Shown: positions 7,849-16,142 of the stretch, piece by piece
Numbering within the stretch: the stretch's first letter is position 1
How the letters are laid out: the number at the start of each line of letters is the position of its first letter
Source: a virus
Taxonomy: Duplodnaviria; Caudoviricetes
IMG/VR virus record: IMGVR_UViG_3300043432_000047
Span: 1 to 28,719 of that record
Length of the DNA: 28,719 nucleotides
Strand: one strand, 5' to 3'
The notes under the pieces: model-generated
Seen by the model: only the letters and a program-made list of their open reading frames with translations
Databases searched by the model: none
Told to the model about the DNA's origin: nothing
Translations under genes and position numbers: made by a program

Positions 7849-10800
7849 TGCGCCGCTTCAACGATGCCCACTACCCCCTAGTCTACGATCCCAGCGTCCT
7901 ATCGTACTGGTCGTGCGACCTTACCGCATACACCACGAGCACGATTGCGGATTCCACTTCGATGGGGAACCACCTTCGGTGCTACACGGCGGTCAATACA
8001 TATTGGTATAGCAACGGCAGTCCGTTCGACGACATTACTGTGGCGTCTCCGAATCTGTTCGGTGCCGTTAACTCCCCAGCAACGGGCTGGGCCGAGAGCG
8101 GGACCAACCTAACGCCGAGTTTCTATTTGACCACGAATTCGGCGTGGTCTTTGGCGTTCTGGGGCGGGCAATACTCTGGGAACACCATGTGCTTCATGGA
8201 GTTCTCGTACTCCGCCGGGTTTACCCAAGCCAACAGCGGCTATCGCCTATGGGGCATTTACGCCAACGCCGACGGACAACTAACGCTTGGCTGGGACACG
8301 TCAGCCACGCCGAATTTCGTTTACAACACAGGCGTCGCCCTCCCCATTGGCTACGACGCCCACGTCGGCGTCGCTTGCGAAATCAACGCCGCCAGCCCAG
8401 GCTTCCGCAAGATTTCAACATATCTCGATGGCGTTCTTCGTGCCTATTCCGAGACGCAGCCGATTCCGGGCCAGGGCCTCGGCGCCTCCTCTACATTCAT
8501 CTTGGGTGCGTCCAGAAGCCACGCCACCACTGTCAGCAGCCCGGCATTTGCGAACCGGGAAAAGATCCTAGACGACATTGCGTTCTGGAACCGCGCCGCA
8601 CACGACAAAATCCGCGAAGCCTACCGCAACGGGCGCCGAGACTGGAACGAGCGGCGCCTCCTCGACAACCACGGATGTATCGGGCTTGCTCGCGTCCTGA
8701 TCGAGGACGGCGATGGGAACATGATCAACCTGAGTGCCTATTACGGCACGGATTTCGTCAAGGACGTTCGCGTCAGCGACGACGTGGACGATCGCCACAA
8801 GAGGGCGCGGGTGCGCTTGCTGCGCTATCGTGGTGAGCGGTTGAACCTCTCGCCCCTCGACGAGGACGCGGCCAACAACCTCAACCAACTCGGCGGTGGG
8901 AGCTACGAGGCGTTGATTGATTACCGCCGACGCCTGAAGATCGAGGTTGCCGTCGTGCCGCGTGGGGTAAAGGTCGAGGAATACCACTACGAGCCACTTT
9001 TCGATGGTTTCGTCGATGGTGTGGGTTGGGGTGACGAGGACGTGGAAGTCGATGCGATCGATAAGATCGCGCCCCTAATGGATCAATTCCAGATTGATCC
9101 GAAGTTCTACGCCTACGGTGAGGTGTCGTCTACTCTAGCCGAAACGCACCTCCAAGCATTGATCAACGACAACGTGCCCCGCATCTTCGTTAGCGGGACC
9201 ACTCTAACCTTCGGGTACAAGGGCGGCACCCCGCGCATCTTCACCCCGGCATCAAGTGGTTGGGTACTACGCTACGACGACTCCCCCTCTGGTGAGGTGG
9301 CAACGTTGCTGCAATCCGTCGCCGACCAAATCGGGTGGCGCTGTCGCTACCGCTGGGACCAGTATCAGCAAGAGGACCGCCTCACTTTCGAGCGCCCGAA
9401 CCGCGACAAAGCCCTTGGTGTGGCCGCGGTAGACCGCCGGACGTTGGGCCAGTTCACCGGTACATACGTCAAGACTGCGATCCCACACGACTTTACCCTG
9501 GAACAGCCGCTCACGCTCACAGGAACGGTTACCAACAACTTCACCGACTCCCGCGTGATTCGCATTATCAGCGACAAAGAGTTCCTGGTCGAGGCGTATC
9601 CGGGGGCTCTCGGCGCGTCCGAGACGAACGTGGGAAGCCTCGCCTACGGGAACGCCTACGACATCGCCGGGAACCAGATCAAGAAGGTCAACGACATTAA
9701 GAAGGACACAGGCGCGATTCGCAACGCGATCAGTGTCAAGTATAAGCGTGACGTAACGCCGGTCACCTTCCCATTCACCAAGGTTTCGCACGCCGGGGCG
9801 GGTAATCCGGTGCTCGTGGAGTTCTCGGCCTCGTCGCCGGGCATTCTCGACTCGGTACGAAAGCTCCGTAGTGGGGAGTCCTCGTTCACGATCTCTGGTA
9901 GCTCGTGCTCATATTACAATAAGACCTGGACGTTCGACTACATCAATAGCAACGTGGTTACCAGCCTAGAAACGCTCACCACCGCGGCCACGGAGAGCTT
10001 CGAGGGGGTATTCCAGTCCAGCTACATCAACTCGAAAGAGGTCATCGGCATCAGCACCCCCTCGATCCAGAAGTACGGCTACCGCCCCGTGGGCATCTTC
10101 GAGGGTTCGTCAGGAAATATCGACACCGACAAGGAGGCCCTCGCCCTAGCCAACGCCGTAATGAGCGACCTCTCGGAGCCCACGGAGTCGATGCAAATCG
10201 ATCTGCCGTATGCACCGTGGTTCGACCTAGATTCGAGCGTGGGATTGCTGGCCGACGCGCGGAGGCGGTGGTCGACTGACCTGGATGTGACCGTAACCGG
10301 CGTGGAGCACAACCTCGCCAAGGGAGTGAGCTACACCACCCTGAAATTGCGCAAAGCCAATCCGACTAACGGGACCGCTTGGGTACAGCGCATCGCCGTG
10401 GGCCGGGACAGGCCGTCTATTCCTGGAGAGATCCAGCGACTTCCAATCACCTCCATCTTAGACAATATCACTACCCGCGGATCGCACCAACTCGGTGGCC
10501 GTATCCAACCGATTTACATGCGGGGCGGAAACCGCCGCCAGCCCCGCCGACTGTTCACCGAACTACACGTTGGCTCCACGTCGAACTTCGTGCTGGACGA
10601 TTCCACGCTTGCAGGAATCAGCCTGGGTGGAGAGGCTTTTACGCAGTACGATGCTGCCGGACAACTTCTAAGCCCGAAATCCACCTACTACGTCCGGTTC
10701 CGAGAACGCGACGTATTCGGGAACCCTGAGCCGATCGACTACACCACGAGCGCCACCCGCGCCACCGTTCGGTACAACTCCAAGCACGCGAACGTACTAT

Positions 10801-11375
10801 CGGAGGGTAGAGCCACTACCGCATATTTCCGTACTGGTGGATGGAGTCCGTTCCCGTTCCACAAGGCTAGCGACCCGTTCTCTTGCTTTGATGAGGCACC
10901 ACTCGGGGAGCATACTGTCCCGTTCTGCCAACCCGGCACGGGCGCCTTCTACCAATTCCCGGCCGACGGCACGGCCTACGTCGACTCTCGGGTCGGTGTT
11001 TGGAACGACGGCACCGTCAAAGCCAACGTGGCCGTCGCCTTTGGTATCATGCTTATGGGCGCGCGGATCACCTCGACTGGTTCGGCGCCCCTGGTAGCAA
11101 AGTTCGGTGGCCCGACGCTAGCGTCCCCGTTGTGGTCCGTCCATTGCGCGCTGTTCGTAGGATCCTCAGATCCGCCCTTGTTCGTTACCCTACAGGGGGT
11201 GGTTCACGGCAGTTCCGGGGACTACCTCCAAATCGGGATCTGGCCGGATTGGGATGTGACTCCGATTGGTGGGGGGCCTGATTATAGTGGTATCCGCCCG
11301 GTGGTATACACTTCAACCAGTGACTGGACCGACACTTCAGCCTCCTTCGTTAAGGTCAGTTTCATTCAAGACTAG
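7848..11375 (+). CDS. Large multidomain tail-tip / hub / receptor-binding protein (about 1175 aa)
   Basis: Start probably ATG 7848 (TAATG overlap). N-terminal LamG-like domain (HVGV...YLDG...LDDIAFWN), central hub-like region (PLFDGFVD, IQKYG, VTGVEHNL), FN3-like LSPKSTYYVRFRERDVFGN and a C-terminal jelly-roll-like region. Confidence 0.75.
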   Translation: MRRFNDAHYPLVYDPSVLSYWSCDLTAYTTSTIADSTSMGNHLRCYTAVNTYWYSNGSPFDDITVASPNLFGAVNSPATGWAESGTNLTPSFYLTTNSAWSLAFWGGQYSGNTMCFMEFSYSAGFTQANSGYRLWGIYANADGQLTLGWDTSATPNFVYNTGVALPIGYDAHVGVACEINAASPGFRKISTYLDGVLRAYSETQPIPGQGLGASSTFILGASRSHATTVSSPAFANREKILDDIAFWNRAAHDKIREAYRNGRRDWNERRLLDNHGCIGLARVLIEDGDGNMINLSAYYGTDFVKDVRVSDDVDDRHKRARVRLLRYRGERLNLSPLDEDAANNLNQLGGGSYEALIDYRRRLKIEVAVVPRGVKVEEYHYEPLFDGFVDGVGWGDEDVEVDAIDKIAPLMDQFQIDPKFYAYGEVSSTLAETHLQALINDNVPRIFVSGTTLTFGYKGGTPRIFTPASSGWVLRYDDSPSGEVATLLQSVADQIGWRCRYRWDQYQQEDRLTFERPNRDKALGVAAVDRRTLGQFTGTYVKTAIPHDFTLEQPLTLTGTVTNNFTDSRVIRIISDKEFLVEAYPGALGASETNVGSLAYGNAYDIAGNQIKKVNDIKKDTGAIRNAISVKYKRDVTPVTFPFTKVSHAGAGNPVLVEFSASSPGILDSVRKLRSGESSFTISGSSCSYYNKTWTFDYINSNVVTSLETLTTAATESFEGVFQSSYINSKEVIGISTPSIQKYGYRPVGIFEGSSGNIDTDKEALALANAVMSDLSEPTESMQIDLPYAPWFDLDSSVGLLADARRRWSTDLDVTVTGVEHNLAKGVSYTTLKLRKANPTNGTAWVQRIAVGRDRPSIPGEIQRLPITSILDNITTRGSHQLGGRIQPIYMRGGNRRQPRRLFTELHVGSTSNFVLDDSTLAGISLGGEAFTQYDAAGQLLSPKSTYYVRFRERDVFGNPEPIDYTTSATRATVRYNSKHANVLSEGRATTAYFRTGGWSPFPFHKASDPFSCFDEAPLGEHTVPFCQPGTGAFYQFPADGTAYVDSRVGVWNDGTVKANVAVAFGIMLMGARITSTGSAPLVAKFGGPTLASPLWSVHCALFVGSSDPPLFVTLQGVVHGSSGDYLQIGIWPDWDVTPIGGGPDYSGIRPVVYTSTSDWTDTSASFVKVSFIQD

Positions 11376-11391
11376 GATGATAGAATACGAT

Positions 11392-11754
11392 ATGACTAAT
11401 CACCTGGACCCCCTTGTGTCGGCCCTCTCCAATCCCATCCTAGCTGCAAGTGCCTCTTTTGCGTCCACCGTCGGACTGGCAGCCAACGCCCTCCCCGTGC
11501 CAGAAGGGCTCCCGGCCTGGGTGCCCTACTTGGTATCCGTGTGTGGGCCGGTGCTCATGGCGCTTGGTATTCGAGTCCTGAGTGCGATTGCGGCCCGTAA
11601 ACGCGCCCTGGCGGACGCCAAGGCGGCCCGCGCCGACGCCCTCCGCAAGGATGGGGACCCCGCCAACGACGCCCAGGCGGCCAGCCTAGAGGATGAGGCA
11701 GCGGTCCTGAAGGCCGACGCCGACGCACTCGAAGCCATCCGGGTACGGAAGTAG
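11392..11754 (+). CDS. Holin-like membrane protein
   Basis: One or two hydrophobic segments followed by a charged helical tail, directly upstream of the endolysin. Start at ATG 11392 or 11377. The track start at 11266 overlaps the tail gene. Confidence 0.55.
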   Translation: MTNHLDPLVSALSNPILAASASFASTVGLAANALPVPEGLPAWVPYLVSVCGPVLMALGIRVLSAIAARKRALADAKAARADALRKDGDPANDAQAASLEDEAAVLKADADALEAIRVRK

Positions 11755-11757
11755 ATT

Positions 11758-12285
11758 ATGCGCTGGAAGGGCGTTAACAACGATACCGACGCCCTCGCCG
11801 AACCGTTCGCGGGGAAGTGCCTGCGCCTGATCGACCGGATCGGGCGCGAAGGTCTGCCATTTGTGGTTTTCGAGACGCACCGGACATTCACCCGATGTCA
11901 GGAATTGTGGCTCAAGGGACGCCAAGTCGATGAAGTAACCGGCCTAATCAAAATTGTTGGTCCGATAGTCACAAAAGCTAGACCGGGGGAGGGGCCGCAC
12001 TCCTGGCGGGTGGCGGCGGACTTCGTACTGGATACCGACCTGAATCACCCATGGTGGGCGGGCGAGAACCCGGCCGACCTTCCAAAGGGGCCGTGGGACA
12101 CGAGCAATCCCGCCCTCAAGATGACTTGGGAACGCCTCGGCCGCGCCGCGGAGGCGTGCGACCTGGAGTGGGGTGGTCGATGGGCGTTCACCGACCTACC
12201 CCACGTCCAACTGCGGGACTGGAAGAAGTACCGCCCGGCCGACTGGAAGTCGATCGTGCTCAGAGAGTTGTCTGCCGGGCGTTAG
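11758..12285 (+). CDS. Endolysin, M15 family zinc peptidase (L-Ala-D-Glu peptidase-like)
   Basis: R-x4-Q-x-LW-x-x-GR, VTKARPGEGPH...AAD and WGGRW...DLPHVQ motifs with H/D/H zinc ligands. Confidence 0.9.
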   Translation: MRWKGVNNDTDALAEPFAGKCLRLIDRIGREGLPFVVFETHRTFTRCQELWLKGRQVDEVTGLIKIVGPIVTKARPGEGPHSWRVAADFVLDTDLNHPWWAGENPADLPKGPWDTSNPALKMTWERLGRAAEACDLEWGGRWAFTDLPHVQLRDWKKYRPADWKSIVLRELSAGR

Positions 12286-12452
12286 TGGACCGTCTGTGAG
12301 CCGGTGAGACTGCCTTGCAGGCCGGCCAACGCGACCGCCCGCCGAATCTCGACGATCGTGTCGACGGAGCCCTTGCGCATACCGGCGCGGTAAGTAGCCG
12401 AAAAAAGAAACAGCGTCAGCAGCGTTACGCCGACCGTGATGGCGATAGTCAT
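12282..12452 (-). CDS. Small single-TM membrane protein (56 aa)
   Basis: Below the track cutoff. MTIAITVGVTLLTLFLFSATYRAGMRKG...QTVH*. ATGA overlap with the upstream gene, and the stop overlaps the endolysin stop. Confidence 0.6.
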   Translation of the reverse strand: MTIAITVGVTLLTLFLFSATYRAGMRKGSVDTIVEIRRAVALAGLQGSLTGSQTVH

Positions 12453-13183
12453 CGAATCACCTTCCCCTCAACCAAGCAGCGCCCGTCCACAATCGGGATG
12501 GGTGTGACGTATACGTTCCCCTCTGGCTCGACGTACATGATCCCGAAACCGTGAACCCAATCGCGTTGGGCGCGGATCTTGTGTCCGTAGTCCAGTTGTG
12601 CGAAGTCTCCCAACCAGCCCAGCGTCGCCCCGACGTGCGGCTTACCGCGGGCGCTACCCTCGACGTTGTATGCCATGCGGTGGTTGTGTCCGATGACGAC
12701 GTTGCCTTGAAAGGCATTCATGGCGTCTAGGTTCGCAGTACGACCGCACTTGCCGCAATCGTGCGTGAAGAACATGCGCCCGACTCGAATGTGGTCCCGA
12801 TATGGAACGAACTTCCACCCACGCTTGGGGATGTTGAGGAGCTTGGGAAGGCTCAGTGTGCGGAAAAGGGCGGGGGCCTTGTCCGTTAGGTATCGTTGGA
12901 GGCGTTCCTCATGGTTGCCTTCGATGTAGATTCGCTCCCCCGAGCACACGGCGTCGATCTCGTCGAGTGCTTGGTTACCCGCGTCGATCTCCTCCTGAAG
13001 GTCTTGCTTTCGGCGCGGGTCCTTGGGGTGGGCGGACACCGCGAAGAAGTCGAGGAAGTCACCCAGGACCACGACGTTATTGGCGTGAACCGCCTTGGCC
13101 GCGCGCAGCGCCAGGCGGAAGGCGGTCTTGTCGTGGAACGGAACGTGGCAGTCTGGGATGAGCAGGTACTTTTTGAGTTGCAT
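12449..13183 (-). CDS. Calcineurin-like metallophosphoesterase
   Basis: PDCH, LGDFLD, EGNHE, FTH and GHNH motifs. Start ATG 13183 (TGATG overlap). Confidence 0.9.
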   Translation of the reverse strand: MQLKKYLLIPDCHVPFHDKTAFRLALRAAKAVHANNVVVLGDFLDFFAVSAHPKDPRRKQDLQEEIDAGNQALDEIDAVCSGERIYIEGNHEERLQRYLTDKAPALFRTLSLPKLLNIPKRGWKFVPYRDHIRVGRMFFTHDCGKCGRTANLDAMNAFQGNVVIGHNHRMAYNVEGSARGKPHVGATLGWLGDFAQLDYGHKIRAQRDWVHGFGIMYVEPEGNVYVTPIPIVDGRCLVEGKVIR

Positions 13184-13503
13184 CAAATCGCTCGCAGGCC
13201 CGCCTTGCGGGCGTTGGGTGGGGGTTTGGTGAGGATAATATCCCCGTTGGTGTCCCGCACGAAATGGCGCACTACCCACACCAGGGTTTCCATCTGATCG
13301 TTGTTCAGCCCCTCGTCGTACCGATCGATCAAGGGCTCAAGAATCTCGCCAGCGATCGTTTCACGAAGGGCAGCCCGTTCCGCGACGATTACGTCCGCCA
13401 CCACGTCCAAGTCGAGCACGCGGTCACGGAACGCCTTGGATAGGCGTGTTCGTAGCGCACGCCGCTGGATTGGGGAGTTCTCGGGGGAGTCTTTAACGCT
13501 CAT
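13183..13503 (-). CDS. Hypothetical protein (106 aa)
   Basis: Tiles into the - strand operon with short overlaps. No motif recognised. Confidence 0.65.
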   Translation of the reverse strand: MSVKDSPENSPIQRRALRTRLSKAFRDRVLDLDVVADVIVAERAALRETIAGEILEPLIDRYDEGLNNDQMETLVWVVRHFVRDTNGDIILTKPPPNARKAGLRAI

Positions 13504-13771
13504 AGATCGTCAGCGGTTCGCGGGTAGTAAGCCCCTCGACCATTCCTTTCCGTACATCGGGTTGCTTGTAAAGCTCGCCTTCGAGCCAATGATACTCACC
13601 GCGCCACGCCTGAGCCCACCACATGCGCAGGTTTTCTAGGGGCGTGAACGGGCGGTCATCGGCGAGCGGCTCGTCTCGATAGTCGGGGTTCGCCATGGCG
13701 GACTCCCAACCGGCGTCGGCGCGCTTTAGGCGCTTCAGGAGCCATTGGGTTGTAGACGTGACGATGCCCAT
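13493..13771 (-). CDS. Hypothetical protein (92 aa, Trp-rich)
   Basis: TAATG coupling to the upstream ORF. Confidence 0.6.
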   Translation of the reverse strand: MGIVTSTTQWLLKRLKRADAGWESAMANPDYRDEPLADDRPFTPLENLRMWWAQAWRGEYHWLEGELYKQPDVRKGMVEGLTTREPLTIYER

Positions 13772-13959
13772 TACGGTTCCTCTGTAACGGGGGCTCGGTC
13801 CGGGCCGGGTCGGGGGACGAAACCACTAGCGATCGCAGCGGCTTGGCGCCAGGTGTCTGCGATAAAGAGGTTGCCTCGACGGGATTCTTGCTCGGCTAGG
13901 TCGAGGAACACCGCGGCGAGGGGTTCTCGCGGATCGGGGTTGGATTCAAGTGGTGTCAA
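13771..13959 (-). CDS. Hypothetical protein (62 aa)
   Basis: TTG start preceded by GGAGGAGG. Tiles with its neighbours. Confidence 0.55.
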   Translation of the reverse strand: MTPLESNPDPREPLAAVFLDLAEQESRRGNLFIADTWRQAAAIASGFVPRPGPDRAPVTEEP

Positions 13960-14188
13960 GCAGCACCTCCTCCAAGGAGTATAGGATCTGTCCGGCGCGG
14001 TACAAGGCGACAGATCCGTCCGAGCCTTCGCTGAAGGAAACTCCGCGGGACTCGATACCGAGTTGGTCGGCCAACTCCTCGATCATTCCTGACTCCCCGA
14101 GGAGGGCCTCGGGGACGGAGACGTACCCCAGAAAGGCCGGCGGCTCGTTTTCGTCTGCGGTGTGGGCGAATACTTGGAATTGGATCAC
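13946..14188 (-). CDS. Hypothetical acidic protein (80 aa)
   Basis: GTG start with AAGGA upstream. Tiles with its neighbours. Confidence 0.6.
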   Translation of the reverse strand: MIQFQVFAHTADENEPPAFLGYVSVPEALLGESGMIEELADQLGIESRGVSFSEGSDGSVALYRAGQILYSLEEVLLDTT

Positions 14189-14199
14189 GGGGTTAGTCC

Positions 14200-14454
14200 T
14201 TACACCCTGTTCGACATTCGTAGACCCAGCGCTTGCTCGCCGAACCCGGCCTTGAGCGCGGCGATGGTAGCGTCGCGGGATGCTCGACCCGCCGCGTCGA
14301 CGGCGCGAATGTGCCGCTCCACCTCGGCAAGCGTTGGACCAGCGAGTAGCGTGCCGGGGAGGGCACTGGCAAGGTTCATCATTGCCGTCACAGCAACGCT
14401 TCCGGCCCGCGTCCAGCCGAAGCTATCGAGGTCGTCTCGGTCGTCGTAGTTCAC
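14200..14454 (-). CDS. Hypothetical protein (84 aa)
   Basis: Likely GTG start at 14454 (GTGA overlap, GGAAGGTGG upstream) rather than 14541. Confidence 0.5.
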   Translation of the reverse strand: MNYDDRDDLDSFGWTRAGSVAVTAMMNLASALPGTLLAGPTLAEVERHIRAVDAAGRASRDATIAALKAGFGEQALGLRMSNRV

Positions 14455-14723
14455 TTCCCACCTTCCTTCATCGCGGCGTCGTGCGCGTCGAGGGCGGCGT
14501 CGGCCATCTGCAACTGGCGTCGCGCCTCTTGTCCGACCCATTCACGTTGGGTGGATCTCAGTACGTTGCCGTGTACGTGCTCTCGCGCCACCCGCAGCGC
14601 CTCCGCGAGCCGAGCGGCGTCGGCCTTGAGCGCGGCGATGATGGCGTCACGCTCTCGGACGACTTCATCCTTGATGCGCGCGATTTCTTCTTCGCGCGTC
14701 TCCATCTCGTATTCTCGCGTCAT
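14451..14723 (-). CDS. Hypothetical coiled-coil protein (90 aa)
   Basis: ATG 14723 with GGAGG RBS and ATGA overlap. Helical A/E/R-rich sequence. Confidence 0.6.
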   Translation of the reverse strand: MTREYEMETREEEIARIKDEVVRERDAIIAALKADAARLAEALRVAREHVHGNVLRSTQREWVGQEARRQLQMADAALDAHDAAMKEGGK

Positions 14724-15169
14724 GTGCCCTCCAACGCGGCAATGACTTCGCGTACTGCTTCGTTCGTGGCCTCGGTCCAGGGGCCTTCCCCAGACTCGTG
14801 GTCGGCGTCCCCCCCACTTTCTGGAAAGGTGCGCCACAGATGAACGTGCATCACTTCATGGACTAGCACGGACACGGACGTTACATGCACAACCCACGGA
14901 CTATCTGTATATCCGATCACGCGGGAATCTTCGGTTTCCCAAAATACCGTGTCTGTTGGATACCAATAGACCGCCAAATCGTCTTGTGGATCAAACATCG
15001 ACGCCACCCGATCATGGAATGTCCACAGAACATCGTCGAGTTCTTGGTTAGAAGGGCAGCCGTCTAGATCCCTACACAACACATGGGGTGGCGTATTCAG
15101 ATCCGTAGAGCACGAAACTCCTGAAAAGATCAGGAACGCTACCAGGATGCTTCGGAGTAGTCGGCTCAT
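14720..15169 (-). CDS. Putative lipoprotein with HExxH zinc-peptidase motif
   Basis: Signal peptide MSRLLRSILVAFLIFSGVS-C. VIGYT strand followed by VLVHEVMHVHL, and a downstream DADH. Confidence 0.7.
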   Translation of the reverse strand: MSRLLRSILVAFLIFSGVSCSTDLNTPPHVLCRDLDGCPSNQELDDVLWTFHDRVASMFDPQDDLAVYWYPTDTVFWETEDSRVIGYTDSPWVVHVTSVSVLVHEVMHVHLWRTFPESGGDADHESGEGPWTEATNEAVREVIAALEGT

Positions 15170-15203
15170 ATGCGGAATCTAACCGCTGGCGGCGCGGCGT
15201 CAA
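15170..15203 (-). promoter_or_regulatory. Sigma70-type promoter, probably leaderless
   Basis: Minus strand reads TTGACG-N16-TAGATT-N6-ATG(15169). No Shine-Dalgarno. Confidence 0.6.
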
Positions 15204-15209
15204 GGCCCA

Positions 15210-15461
15210 CTACGAATTTTTCGCTGCTGAGAGCCGCTCCCGAAGATCAGACACCCTGGCCTCAAGGTCCGCGGCGCGCTCACGAAGGGCGGCGGCCTGG
15301 TTCGATACTTCCCCGATTTCAGAGTGAATTTCTGCGAGGTCGTGACTCCGTGTTGGGGTCGGAGACGTGTGGTTCAGAGCGCCCGCGCCGTTGAGATTGA
15401 AATCTCGCCGCATGGCGTTGAGCCAGTCAATAGATCCGATGGGAAAGTTTTGGTTTGTCAT
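15210..15461 (-). CDS. Hypothetical protein with C-terminal coiled coil (83 aa)
   Basis: ATGA overlap with the upstream gene. Heptad pattern LRERAADLEARVSDLRERL. Confidence 0.65.
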   Translation of the reverse strand: MTNQNFPIGSIDWLNAMRRDFNLNGAGALNHTSPTPTRSHDLAEIHSEIGEVSNQAAALRERAADLEARVSDLRERLSAAKNS

Positions 15462-15868
15462 AGATCGAATGGTTTACGGAGCCGCGCCCATCTGCTCTTG
15501 GCGCGGGAAATTGCTTGGTGGATGGCTTGCCTAGAGCCCGTAAAAGTCTTGTAGTTCAAGGCCGTTAGCACTTCCTTTCGCGCGATTCGGTTTTCGATTT
15601 CGTCGGTGGGGTTTGTGCCGATCTCCTCGTCCCAGCCAGCATCCAACCGCCCAATAGCGAAACCTGCCCCGCGCTTCCGAGCGGAAGCGTCCCGCCTGGC
15701 GTTGGCTAGGCGGCGGCGTAGGATCGTGCGGGCTAGTGCTGGATCGCTGGGATCATGCTCAAGCAGTATAACCCAGCAATCCTGCCGGCGATCCGCTGGT
15801 TCGGAATACCCGGCCCACCGCCGGGATTCCTGCCGGACGATCGTGTCTGCCTCATCGAAGGAGATCAC
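15458..15868 (-). CDS. Reduced ECF-type sigma-factor-like protein (136 aa)
   Basis: Region-2-like ADRRQDCWVILLE and RRRLANARR...ARKRG, plus region-4-like SRQAIHQAISRAK. GTG start at 15868 (GTGA overlap). Confidence 0.5.
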   Translation of the reverse strand: MISFDEADTIVRQESRRWAGYSEPADRRQDCWVILLEHDPSDPALARTILRRRLANARRDASARKRGAGFAIGRLDAGWDEEIGTNPTDEIENRIARKEVLTALNYKTFTGSRQAIHQAISRAKSRWARLRKPFDL

Positions 15869-16140
15869 GGGATCGCCCCCAACCGGCCGATCTCGCGCCG
15901 CAAACAATTCAGGGCCTTACGCAGATCCTCGATCTCGGAGCCCTTTCGCCCAGCCCGACAGAGATACTTCAAGACACAGCCCTTATTGAAGTTGAAGTTC
16001 AACGCCTCGGCGAGATCGAACGGCGTAACTGAACTACCATTCGCCAGTTGGATCTGGTAATAGATCGGCGCGTCATCTACCGGCCGCGGGGGGTGTGCGT
16101 GGGTCGTCGTGCTCGTAGTATATGGTGGGGACCAAGCCAT
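15865..16140 (-). CDS. DUF3310-family protein (T7 gp1.7/SaV-like, putative nucleotide kinase)
   Basis: PIYY...FNKGCVLKYLCRAGRKG...EDLRKALNCLRREI signature. Confidence 0.85.
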   Translation of the reverse strand: MAWSPPYTTSTTTHAHPPRPVDDAPIYYQIQLANGSSVTPFDLAEALNFNFNKGCVLKYLCRAGRKGSEIEDLRKALNCLRREIGRLGAIP

Positions 16141-16142
16141 AT

